Source of the DNA: Oceanispirochaeta sp.
Lineage (GTDB): Bacteria; Spirochaetota; Spirochaetia; DSM-2461
Direction: 5' to 3'
Assembly: GCA_963663385.2 (NCBI GenBank)
Contig: CAXXXD010000002.1
Coordinates: forward strand, 928,001 to 992,000
Length of the DNA: 64,000 bases
A program made the position numbers and the translations under genes. Positions 1 through 8,749 of this stretch are shown piece by piece. Position 1 is the stretch's first letter. Every line of letters begins with the position of its first letter. A model generated the notes under the pieces. That model did not search any database and was not told where the DNA came from. It saw only the letters and a list, made by a program, of their open reading frames with translations.

Positions 1-59
1 CTGGGGTTTTAAGTCCGCGTCAGAAAGAACGGGTGATGCAGTGTTTTTCTATTATATAA

Positions 60-99
60 GGCGCTCATCCCGGGATATTTCCTGTCAGGTCTGAGCGCC
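60..99 (-). terminator. Stem-loop downstream of kdgK (possible terminator)
   Basis: Inverted repeat GGCGCTCA (60-67) / TGAGCGCC (92-99) just past the kdgK stop codon. Confidence 0.4.
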
Positions 100-110
100 G
101 CTTCATATTA

Positions 111-1208
111 TTACCGTTTAACCCGTCCCGAAGCATCTCCCTTCATCAGTGAGATCACTTCCTCTCTGGTGGAGTAATTCAAATCATTCAGAATGGAGTG
201 GCAGAGGCAGGATGCCGCCACCGCATATCCAAGGGAATCCTGCAGGTTCAGAGACAGCTCATCATCTGTCAGGGCATAGATAAGTCCGGCAGAGAAAGCG
301 TCTCCTCCGCCTACCCGGTCTACGATATTTTTTATCTCATAGGGTTTATACTGACCGCCGTCAAGGGGTGCGAAATAGGATTTTTCCGTTATCCCGTCAT
401 ATAACATGGCTCTCCAGTTATTATGACTGGCCGAAAGGCTTTCCCGCAGGGTTATGGCCACTTTCCGAACATTGGGAAACTGGCTGATTATCTGGCCTGC
501 CACATCCGGGTAACGATCGATTTCCAGATTGCCGCTGTGTACATCCGTATCGCCTGCTTTAATCTGCAGGATATCCCAGGCATCCTCCTCATTTCCGATG
601 ACAACATCAACAAAGGGCAGGATTTGTCGCATGGTTTTTTCGGAAAGCTCCCTCGGATCTGTTCCGGGCTCCCATCTCCAGAGTTTCCTGCGGAAGTTCA
701 GATCACAGGAAACCTGCAGCCCTGCTTCTCTGGCTTTTTGGACAGCTGTCAGTGATGCTTCTGCCGCAACCCGGGATATGGCGGGAGTAATCCCGCTGAT
801 ATGGAACCAGTGGGCATCTTTAAAGGCGCCTTCCCAGTTATAATCCTCCGCCGGTGTCCGGGTTATAACAGAATGTTCTCTGTCATAGATTACACTGCTG
901 GGACGCTGATTGGCTCCGGTTTCTATAAAATACAAACCAAGCCGTCCCTCAGATCTCCGGATAAATGAGGTGTCCACACCGAATTTCCTTACCGCATCAA
1001 GACAGGCTTCTCCCAGAGAGTTCGAAGGCAGGGCAGAGATGAATCTGGCATTCCGGCCCATTATTCTGTTCGATACGGCAACATTCCCTTCGGCTCCCGA
1101 AAAACTTATGGAAATATTTCCCGGCATCCCCTGGCGAATCTTCATAAAACCTTCAGGAGCAATCCGCCCCATGATTTCTCCAAATGTTACGACTGTTTTA
1201 TTGCTCAT
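111..1208 (-). CDS. kdgK: 2-dehydro-3-deoxygluconokinase (PfkB family)
   Basis: FGEIM N-terminus, GAEGNVA, SCDLNFRRKLW, VDRVGGGDAF PfkB signature; adjacent to eda. Confidence 0.9.
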   Translation of the reverse strand: MSNKTVVTFGEIMGRIAPEGFMKIRQGMPGNISISFSGAEGNVAVSNRIMGRNARFISALPSNSLGEACLDAVRKFGVDTSFIRRSEGRLGLYFIETGANQRPSSVIYDREHSVITRTPAEDYNWEGAFKDAHWFHISGITPAISRVAAEASLTAVQKAREAGLQVSCDLNFRRKLWRWEPGTDPRELSEKTMRQILPFVDVVIGNEEDAWDILQIKAGDTDVHSGNLEIDRYPDVAGQIISQFPNVRKVAITLRESLSASHNNWRAMLYDGITEKSYFAPLDGGQYKPYEIKNIVDRVGGGDAFSAGLIYALTDDELSLNLQDSLGYAVAASCLCHSILNDLNYSTREEVISLMKGDASGRVKR

Positions 1209-1209
1209 A

Positions 1210-1869
1210 TTACCCTCTTACTTCTTTAAGAATTTTAACAGCCTCATCGGCATTGCGGGCGATGGAATCCCAGTCTCCTGCATCAATCAACCGGGGAGGG
1301 GCTATCCAGCTTCCCCCCAGCGCTATTACTTCCGGAGCTTCAAGGTAACTCCGCATATTATCTAAAGTCAGACCTCCCAGAGGCATATACCGGAGTCCCA
1401 GAAAACTGTAGGGTGCGTTTATACCCTTCAGATATTTGATGCCTCCCATCCCTTCCGCATGAAAAAACTTGAGAATATTGCAGCCGTTTTCAACAGCGCT
1501 TTCAATTTCCGAGGGGATGGATATTCCGGGAGCAAACGGAACAGCCTTTCGGGACGCTTCGTTCATTACATTCAGATTCAACCCCGGAGCAACCGCAAAA
1601 TCTACTCCGGCGCTGCTTACCTGCCGAACCTGATCGGTTGTGAGAACTGTTCCGGCTCCGCATGTCATTTCCGGAACTTCGTTCATTATTCTTTTCATTG
1701 ATTCCATTGCGGCAGCTGTTCGGAGGGTTAACTCTATGGCTTTGATACCGCTGTCGGCAAGGGTTCTGGCAAGAGGGACGGCTTTCTCCGCATCATTAAT
1801 GACCAGAACGGCAATAATCCCCGCTGTTTCTATTTTCCTTTCAAGAGGCTCTTCTATTCTTTTATGCAT
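1210..1869 (-). CDS. eda: KDPG/KHG aldolase
   Basis: IELTLRT, GAGTVL, KFF.AE..GG, MPLGG, GGSW motifs; start moved to the ATG at 1869, which has an AAGGAG SD. Confidence 0.92.
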   Translation of the reverse strand: MHKRIEEPLERKIETAGIIAVLVINDAEKAVPLARTLADSGIKAIELTLRTAAAMESMKRIMNEVPEMTCGAGTVLTTDQVRQVSSAGVDFAVAPGLNLNVMNEASRKAVPFAPGISIPSEIESAVENGCNILKFFHAEGMGGIKYLKGINAPYSFLGLRYMPLGGLTLDNMRSYLEAPEVIALGGSWIAPPRLIDAGDWDSIARNADEAVKILKEVRG

Positions 1870-1911
1870 TTGTACAAAGCTCCTTCGGATCTGTATTTTC
1901 TGATGATAAAA

Positions 1912-1940
1912 AACATACAACGGAATTTTTGCAGTGTCAA
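1912..1940 (-). promoter_or_regulatory. sigma70-type promoter for eda-kdgK
   Basis: TTGACA-N17-TATGTT on the minus strand. Confidence 0.5.
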
Positions 1941-2042
1941 TATAATGATACTCAAGTCTCATTATATGGGATTGCATTATCTTAAATAGCGATCTTAATC
2001 TCTTTTAATGAGATAAGAAGGTCTTTGTAACAAAAAGGTTCC

Positions 2043-2071
2043 TTGAAAAGCGGGAATCCCATTGATATAAT
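2043..2071 (+). promoter_or_regulatory. sigma70 promoter of the IclR gene (probably leaderless)
   Basis: TTGAAA-N17-TATAAT with extended TGn; ATG lies 8 nt downstream with no SD. Confidence 0.6.
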
Positions 2072-2079
2072 CATTCCCT

Positions 2080-2832
2080 ATGGATGTTGCACAAACCGTT
2101 GCCAGAGCCCTGGGCCTGCTTGAACTGCTGGGTAAGCATAAAAAGCTTACCGCCGGGAAAATTACCGAACTGACTCAGATAAACCGGAGTACCACCTATC
2201 GTCTTCTGGCGACCCTGCAGCAGCTGGGCTATATTCGAAAAGATAAGGAGTTCGGTTTTTATTCCCTTTCTCCCAAGATCCTGAATCTGGCGTCTTCGGT
2301 ACGGGAAACGCGGGATATCAAGGAAATCAGCAGCCCCTTTCTGAATGAACTCCATAAGGAGACACAGGAAACGGTTCATCTTGCGGTTCTGGATGTGGAT
2401 GAACTGATCTACCTGGAAAAAAGGGAATCAACCAGGAGCCTCCGGGTTGTTACAATTTCAAAACCCGGCAGTCATGCTCCTCTCTATTGTACTGCCATAG
2501 GTAAAGTACTGCTTTCAGGCATGCCGGATGATCAATTCAGAAGCTATATAAAAAATGTACAATTCAGGAAATATACAGAATCGACTCTCACGGGTATTCA
2601 GGAACTTATTACAGAACTGGATGCTATCAGGGATATGGCATATGCCGAAGACAGGGAGGAACACGAAGAGGGGGTGTACTGTATTGCCGCTCCCATTAAA
2701 GATCCTTCGGGAAAAATTATTGCGGCATTCAGTATTTCCATGCCAACAGTAAGGTGCACCCCTGAACGTAAGGCGGAGCTGATAGAGAGAATTGTTAAGG
2801 TTTCACAGAAAATCTCCGGAGCGATTGGTTAG
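2080..2832 (+). CDS. IclR-family transcriptional regulator (KdgR-like)
   Basis: N-terminal HTH (RSTTYRLLATL..GY), ETVHL, PLYCTAIGKVLL, GVYCIAAPI; divergent from eda-kdgK. Confidence 0.9.
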   Translation: MDVAQTVARALGLLELLGKHKKLTAGKITELTQINRSTTYRLLATLQQLGYIRKDKEFGFYSLSPKILNLASSVRETRDIKEISSPFLNELHKETQETVHLAVLDVDELIYLEKRESTRSLRVVTISKPGSHAPLYCTAIGKVLLSGMPDDQFRSYIKNVQFRKYTESTLTGIQELITELDAIRDMAYAEDREEHEEGVYCIAAPIKDPSGKIIAAFSISMPTVRCTPERKAELIERIVKVSQKISGAIG

Positions 2833-3015
2833 AAGCTTCAAACAGGCAGCTCTGATGAATCTGGAATTGTAATTCTGGACGGGAAGTACAGAAAATCCTG
2901 CAGAATCAGTGCATTCAGCAGGGAATCGGATTAAAATTATAATGAGAGGTTATTGGCAGCATATTCTTCCCGGCAAATAAATATCTTGATCCGGTAACTG
3001 CTCGGGAGGACTAAA

Positions 3016-4071
3016 ATGAAAAGTTATATATCCGTTATAACTCTGTTCTTCATCCTGCTTTTCATGGAAATACCGCTTCCGTCTGCTGAAATCGAAAGTT
3101 CCGATCTTGATGCCCTTGCCGACTATATCTATTCCCCCATCAGAATAAAAACCGTGCAGCGGGGAAACTTTCAGGGGATTTTAAGGGATGTCAATGAACA
3201 GTGGGTGGAAATTATCGCCCGGGACGGGCAGATCCTTTTAATTGATTATGCATCCATAGAGACCTATGTCCTATTCGATCCGGTTCTGGAGAAGGATACT
3301 TTTTTTCAGGATTCCGCTTCCAACCGTCTGATAGTTATGCCCACTGCCTTTCCCATGGAAACAGGTGAATTTCATGTTGCCAATCAGGAAATCGCCGCTT
3401 TCTCCATGAGTTACGGATTAAATGACAGTGTCTCTTTATGGTCGGGGATCAGTATTCCCGGTCTTCTGCTGAATGCCCGGTACTCCACCGCTCTGTCTTC
3501 GGGTTTTGCCGTTTCATTCGGCTCTTTTGCCGGTTTCTCCTGGTTTGCAGACAGCTTTGATTCGATCCCCGCTGTAATGATTCCCTACGGTATCGCCTCC
3601 TGGGGTGAGGAGAATAATAACTTTACCATTGGGGGCGGTCCCGTATTTCTGTTTAATCAGGAGTGGGATATGCCCGGCTTTGTTCTTGTGGCGGGGGGCA
3701 AAAAAGTTCTGACGTCTACAACATCTTTAGTATTTGAGAACTGGATCTCCTGGGGGCTGCGGGAGGACTTTCATCCGATGAACCCGATCCCTTATACGGA
3801 GGATGACGATGATGATCCTCCGGAAAGCCTCTATGATGAAAAATGGAGCGCCGTTCCGGTTATGATCTTTCCTGCGGTGTGTTTCCGGATTGCCAGTGAA
3901 CGGCTCTCCTGGGATATAGGGATTGTCGTTCCCCTGACCATTACCAATACAGACTATATCCGGGAGGATGACACCCACTACTGGGAAAACGGCGATTTTG
4001 AAATTAACGGGATTGCGGATGATTTTATTATCCCCATTCCCCTTATCAGTGTGACCTACCGGATTGATTGA
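3016..4071 (+). CDS. Exported hypothetical protein, probable outer-membrane beta-barrel
   Basis: GGAGGA SD, signal peptide, alternating amphipathic strands, C-terminal ISVTYRI beta-signal-like motif. Confidence 0.6.
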   Translation: MKSYISVITLFFILLFMEIPLPSAEIESSDLDALADYIYSPIRIKTVQRGNFQGILRDVNEQWVEIIARDGQILLIDYASIETYVLFDPVLEKDTFFQDSASNRLIVMPTAFPMETGEFHVANQEIAAFSMSYGLNDSVSLWSGISIPGLLLNARYSTALSSGFAVSFGSFAGFSWFADSFDSIPAVMIPYGIASWGEENNNFTIGGGPVFLFNQEWDMPGFVLVAGGKKVLTSTTSLVFENWISWGLREDFHPMNPIPYTEDDDDDPPESLYDEKWSAVPVMIFPAVCFRIASERLSWDIGIVVPLTITNTDYIREDDTHYWENGDFEINGIADDFIIPIPLISVTYRID

Positions 4072-4156
4072 GCGCCCTGTTAAACTTCATCATCATATTT
4101 CCATGCCCTGCATTTACCAGTTTCCCGCTATCATAGAGAATCTCGTGCAATTTGAT

Positions 4157-5995
4157 TTATGCATTATTATCAGCAGATAAGATGTATCCTGGAAGTTCAA
4201 TCCTGATCGTAAGACCTCCGCCGGTGTTATTTAACGCTTCGATTAATCCATTGTGTTTTTCTATAATATTATGGCAGATTGCCAGGCCCATTCCCAAATT
4301 CGCTTCTCCTGTTTTTGAACTGAAAAAGGGAAGAAATACTGACTGGAGTTCTTCATCTGCAAGACCCGGTCCATTGTCGCTTACTTTAATAACCACTTTA
4401 CTGTGGTTTTTATCTAAACCGCATTGAACTGTTACAGTTCCTTCTTTCTCGAGGGCTTCAAAACTGTTTTTAATCAGATTCAGGATCAGCTGTTTTATTT
4501 CAAGTTTATCGGCATTGATCAGAATCTCATCATTAACTATATCAATGAGAAGATTGATTTTCCGTTTTCTGGCTTCATATCCAATAAGATTGCAGATGTC
4601 TTTTATAGTCTGACCAAGATCAAATACCTGCACCGTTTCATTCTCTTTTCCAGGTGACAGGGCAACCAGATTCCCGATAATTTTGGATATATCCTCCACT
4701 TCCTCCTCAATACTGACCAGAGAGGCTGCTATTTCATCATTTTTGTTATTAAAGCGTATGTTCTCAAGATAATAGTGGATGATTTCCAATGGATTATTTA
4801 TTTCATGGGCTACTCCTGAAGCCAGCAGCCCTACTGATGCCAGGTTTTCCGAGAGCTGCATCTTTTTTCGGAGTTCTTCATAGGATGTTATATCTTCAAT
4901 AATGATGATGGTTCCTATCAGCTTGCTGCCTTCTCTTACAGGAAACAGAGTAATATTATTCAAGGTTGCCATCTTTTCTGTATAAAGGCGAATATTAAAA
5001 TACTTGTTCTCTTTACCCCTCTTCAGGTCCGGTCTGATCTGCCTGAGAACTTCAGCATTTTCAATTCCCAGAAGGGTCGAGAATCTTGTGGAATCTTCAA
5101 GAGTCTCGCCCTTGGGAAAAAGTTCTGCCGCCTGTTTGTTTACAAGTTTTACTTCTTCATCAGTATTGATAAGGATAAGGTTTACAGGCAGGTCATTCAG
5201 AATTGTTTCATTGAATTTCAGAAGCTCGGTAAATGACTGTCTCGTCAGCTTTTGAAGGCTGTCCGTTATCTGTGTGTAAGCCAGTTTGATTAGTGCTATC
5301 CGGTCTATCTTATCAGCATCTTCCGTTGCAAATACCGAGCCGTTTCTGATAATGGAAACTTTATCGGCAAAGAAGAAAATATCGTCGATCCTGTGGGTTA
5401 TGAAGAGTATCCCCATACCCAGATCTTTCCTTCTGTGCAGAAGGATGTGAATCTTGCGGAGGCTTGCGGCATTCAGTTTTTCCAGCGCCTCGTCAATAAT
5501 CAGAAGAGACGGGTTTTTATACAGTGCTTTTAGAATATCAACCAGGACAAGATCGCTTAGACCCAGTTGTTTTATGGGCTTCGAAAGATCCAGATCAATT
5601 TCCACATCCAGGGATGCCAGAAAATCAATGACTTTCCTTTTCTGTCCTCTTCTTGTCTGCAGAGGAAATACGGAAGATTTTTCATCCAGGATTATGTTTT
5701 CCCAGACTGAAAATTCGGTAACCAGGGGGTTCTGCTGACTGACATAATAGATTCCCAGTTCTCTGGCTTTTTTTCTGCTCAGCTTTGATTCAAACTGTCC
5801 GTTAACGCTGAGATGCCCGCCCTTGGGACTGAAGAAGCCGCTGAGAATATGGGCAATCGTAGATTTCCCGGTCCCATGCTCACCCACAATGGCATGAATT
5901 TCTCCGCAGTTAACTTCAAGGGTCGTATCGTTGAGAACAGGATTCGTTCCGTAATTGTAGCTGACTTTCTGAAGGGTTATTGTTTCAAGCTTCAT
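4157..5995 (-). CDS. Soluble sensor histidine kinase with N-terminal ABC ATPase (RbsA/MglA-type NBD) and PAS domain
   Basis: Walker A GEHGTGKS, Q-loop VSQ, Walker B LLIIDE, H-loop ITHR; PAS (ILNDLPVNLILIN..VN..A); H-box GVAHEINNPL, N-box NLIKNS, DNGPG, FLPFFSSK, GMGL. Confidence 0.9.
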   Translation of the reverse strand: MKLETITLQKVSYNYGTNPVLNDTTLEVNCGEIHAIVGEHGTGKSTIAHILSGFFSPKGGHLSVNGQFESKLSRKKARELGIYYVSQQNPLVTEFSVWENIILDEKSSVFPLQTRRGQKRKVIDFLASLDVEIDLDLSKPIKQLGLSDLVLVDILKALYKNPSLLIIDEALEKLNAASLRKIHILLHRRKDLGMGILFITHRIDDIFFFADKVSIIRNGSVFATEDADKIDRIALIKLAYTQITDSLQKLTRQSFTELLKFNETILNDLPVNLILINTDEEVKLVNKQAAELFPKGETLEDSTRFSTLLGIENAEVLRQIRPDLKRGKENKYFNIRLYTEKMATLNNITLFPVREGSKLIGTIIIIEDITSYEELRKKMQLSENLASVGLLASGVAHEINNPLEIIHYYLENIRFNNKNDEIAASLVSIEEEVEDISKIIGNLVALSPGKENETVQVFDLGQTIKDICNLIGYEARKRKINLLIDIVNDEILINADKLEIKQLILNLIKNSFEALEKEGTVTVQCGLDKNHSKVVIKVSDNGPGLADEELQSVFLPFFSSKTGEANLGMGLAICHNIIEKHNGLIEALNNTGGGLTIRIELPGYILSADNNA

Positions 5996-7317
5996 AGCAG
6001 CCCATGTTTTTCCAGCCGGTTGTAAATCGTTCTTCTGCTGATTTTCAGATACTCAGCAGCTTTTTTTTTGTTGTTGTTGCATGCCCTGAGAGCACCAAGA
6101 AGTTCTTCTTTTTCAAGTTCCTCGGGATTCTCCGAAGAATGTTCAATGGAGGAGTTCTCTCTGCCCGTAAGATAGGGCGGGAGATCCTGTTTTCTTATCA
6201 GTTCATCAGATGACATTGTCATGGCAAAATTGATAACATTTTTTAACTCCCGGATATTACCCGGCCAGAAATAACTGTTAATAATATTCCTGGCTTCCAT
6301 ATCAAAAGCTTTTTCTTCTCCGTAATCCTTCATAAAGTTAGTGATGAGACCTGGAAGATCGTCCTTTCTCTCCCGTAACGGCGGGAGTCGGAATAAGGCC
6401 GTATTCAGTCTGTAATACAGGTCCTCCCGAAACTGTTTTTCTTTGATCAGTTCTTCCAGATCCTTATTGGTGGCTGCAATAAAGCGGACATTTACTTTGA
6501 TAGTCTTATCCCCTCCAAGGCGTCTTATTTCACTGTTCTGCAGAGTTCTCAGAACACGCGCCTGAATCTCAAGGGGCATGTCCCCGATTTCATCCAGAAA
6601 GAGTGTTCCCCCGTCAGCCTGCTCAAATATCCCTTTGTAAAGGGAGTTCGCCCCTGTATAGGCCCCCTTTTCATGGCCGAACAGTTCGTTGTCCAGCAGG
6701 TTCGCCGGGAAAGAGGCACAATTTATTCTATACATTTTACGGGATGCCCTCGGGGAGTGATTATGTACATACTCCGCCATAATCTCTTTTCCCGTTCCGC
6801 TTTCACCGATAAATACCACAGGAAAATCGGTTTCCGCCATTTTATGAATCTTCATCATAAGGCTGTTGATTTGCGGATTCATGGATTGATAAGCGGCTGT
6901 ACGGCGGCTGAGCCTGTTTTTCAGTTCCGCATTTTCGCTGGCTAATCTGGTGGATTGAAGAGCATTTTCGACGACTCTCTGTACACGTGCAAAGGGCAGT
7001 GGTTTCTGCATATAATCCCAGGCTCCCAGTTTGATGGCATCAACAGCTGTTTCTATGCTGGCATAACCCGTCATAATGATGACAGGGACAGCGGAGTCGA
7101 TGCTTTTAATTTTCTTCAGGATATTTATCCCATCTTCATCTTTCAGCCTGAGATCCAGAAGTACGACATCGGCCTGTTTTTCCCGGATATAGGGGAGGGC
7201 TTCTCTGCTGTTCAGAGCAAAATGGGCTTTGTAACCGATATTTTCAAAGTCATGAGCCAGAATGCGACAGAGTTTTTCCTTGTCATCAATGATCAATAAT
7301 GTATAGTTTGTGTGCAT
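5992..7317 (-). CDS. NtrC/AtoC-family sigma54-dependent response regulator
   Basis: REC domain (IIDD, LLDLRL, MTGY, KP), GESGTGKE, ELFGHEKGAYTGA, LFLDEIGDM, FREDLYYRLN, WPGNIREL, Fis-type HTH; stop overlaps the kinase start. Confidence 0.95.
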   Translation of the reverse strand: MHTNYTLLIIDDKEKLCRILAHDFENIGYKAHFALNSREALPYIREKQADVVLLDLRLKDEDGINILKKIKSIDSAVPVIIMTGYASIETAVDAIKLGAWDYMQKPLPFARVQRVVENALQSTRLASENAELKNRLSRRTAAYQSMNPQINSLMMKIHKMAETDFPVVFIGESGTGKEIMAEYVHNHSPRASRKMYRINCASFPANLLDNELFGHEKGAYTGANSLYKGIFEQADGGTLFLDEIGDMPLEIQARVLRTLQNSEIRRLGGDKTIKVNVRFIAATNKDLEELIKEKQFREDLYYRLNTALFRLPPLRERKDDLPGLITNFMKDYGEEKAFDMEARNIINSYFWPGNIRELKNVINFAMTMSSDELIRKQDLPPYLTGRENSSIEHSSENPEELEKEELLGALRACNNNKKKAAEYLKISRRTIYNRLEKHGLL

Positions 7318-7319
7318 GT

Positions 7320-7360
7320 ATGTAAAATTACCCTTTACATAATGTAAACCTGGTGCACAT
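7320..7360. promoter_or_regulatory. Putative upstream activator sequences for the sigma54 activator
   Basis: ATGTAAA-N7-TTTACAT perfect inverted repeat (7320-7340) plus a related ATGT...ACAT element (7342-7360), 100-140 bp upstream of the -24/-12 promoter. Confidence 0.5.
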
Positions 7361-7459
7361 AATAATGCAAGGCTTATTTTGAATATATTACTTTGTGATT
7401 AATTTAAATCCTTGTGGTATAAAATAATAAATCGCATTTTCTTTTATATTTCTGTAAAG

Positions 7460-7475
7460 TGGCATGATCTTTGCA
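7460..7475 (+). promoter_or_regulatory. sigma54 (-24/-12) promoter
   Basis: TGGCATGATCTTTGCA: GG-N10-GC, near consensus, about 50 bp upstream of the binding-protein gene. Confidence 0.85.
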
Positions 7476-7526
7476 ATTTGAATGAGAAAAGCCCCTCAAA
7501 GGGGCAGGACATTCAAAGGAGTTTTT

Positions 7527-8663
7527 ATGAAACGTATTCTAACCAGTTTTATTGTCTTGATGTCGGTAATTCCCATGGGTTTTGCAGCCGGTCAGCAGGA
7601 AAGTGCTGCAGTACCGGAACCTGAAGTTATGGAAGTGGAAGTGCTGCCGGAAGTCAGCGATAGTGATCTGGCTCTTGCAAAGGGACCGAATGGCGAAGCC
7701 GCCGTACGGGCCGCAGAAGTAAAACTGACGGATGCACAGATTCAGAAAGTGAAAGACGGTGAGTATAAGGCCGCTCTTCTATGGGCCGGATCTGGTGAAT
7801 GGTACAATGCCCTCTCAAAAGGAGCGGAGGACGAATTCGCCCGTCTCGGTGTAAAAGTGGTATCCAATGCGGACGCACAGTTCGATCCGGCCAAACAGGC
7901 TACCGACGTTGAAACATGTATGGCTCTGAGGCCGGATGCCATTTTGACTCTTGTTGTTGATCCTGTTTCAGGTGCCCGTGCCTTCAGGCCTGTTGTGGAT
8001 AATGATGTTGTCCTCGTTTTTGCAGATAACGGTGTAGACGGGTATCGGGCGGGAAGCGAATATGTCAATGTTGTCACCGGTGATCATTTCGGTATGGGAC
8101 GTGCTGCGGCAGAACTGATGAATGACGCACTGGACGGAGAAGGCAAGGTAGGATTTATCTACCATGATGCCGATTTCTTTGTCACAAATAACAGAGATTC
8201 AGCATTCAAGAAAGATATTGAAAACAAATACAACGGTATTTCCATCGTTGCTGAAAAAGGATTCTCCGAAGAGAGTGCCACGGAAGAAGTCACGAATGCG
8301 ATGATGACCCAGAATCCGGACATCAACGGAATCTATGTGGCCTGGGATGTGGCGGCGGAAGGTGTTGTTGCAGCCCTTCGTTCAGGCGGATGGAAGGATG
8401 TCAAAGTAATCACTCATGACCTTGGTGCCACCCTGGATCTGGATATAGCACTTAAAGGAAATGTTTACGGTAAAGTGGCTGATGTTCCCTATGATATCGG
8501 AGTCACCATGGCCCGATCCGCCGCTCTTAAACTTTTAGGTGAAGATGTTCCTCCCTTCGTCGTTGTCCCTTATCTGAAGATGACCAGTGACAATATCCGG
8601 GAGGTCTGGAATCAGTCTCTCAGAAAAGATCCCCCCTCCAGTGTTTTGAAGTCTCTGCAGTAA
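7527..8663 (+). CDS. Sugar ABC transporter periplasmic binding protein (RbsB-like, type I PBP)
   Basis: AAGGAG SD, signal peptide FAAGQQE, DAQFDPAKQ..DVE, GIYVAWD. Confidence 0.88.
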   Translation: MKRILTSFIVLMSVIPMGFAAGQQESAAVPEPEVMEVEVLPEVSDSDLALAKGPNGEAAVRAAEVKLTDAQIQKVKDGEYKAALLWAGSGEWYNALSKGAEDEFARLGVKVVSNADAQFDPAKQATDVETCMALRPDAILTLVVDPVSGARAFRPVVDNDVVLVFADNGVDGYRAGSEYVNVVTGDHFGMGRAAAELMNDALDGEGKVGFIYHDADFFVTNNRDSAFKKDIENKYNGISIVAEKGFSEESATEEVTNAMMTQNPDINGIYVAWDVAAEGVVAALRSGGWKDVKVITHDLGATLDLDIALKGNVYGKVADVPYDIGVTMARSAALKLLGEDVPPFVVVPYLKMTSDNIREVWNQSLRKDPPSSVLKSLQ

Positions 8664-8689
8664 TTCTTAAGGCATATTGACAGACAATC

Positions 8690-8717
8690 TGCCGGAGCAG
8701 TTCTAACTGTTCCGGTA
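8690..8717 (+). terminator. Intercistronic stem-loop after the binding-protein gene
   Basis: TGCCGGAGCAGTT / AACTGTTCCGGTA inverted repeat. Confidence 0.5.
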
Positions 8718-8749
8718 TTTGCCGGCCCAGGCCGGAGACAGGAGGATCC

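Noticed and set aside
1870..1977. N-terminal extensions in the ORF track (eda, also 7482, 24580, 27758, 44949, 46963, 51949, 62899)
   Set aside because: Downstream starts fit SD position or family length better; several extensions run through promoter DNA
6061..6069. A9 tract in the sigma54 activator gene as a phase-variation site
   Set aside because: In frame, encodes KKK in the HTH; similar A/T runs are common in this window
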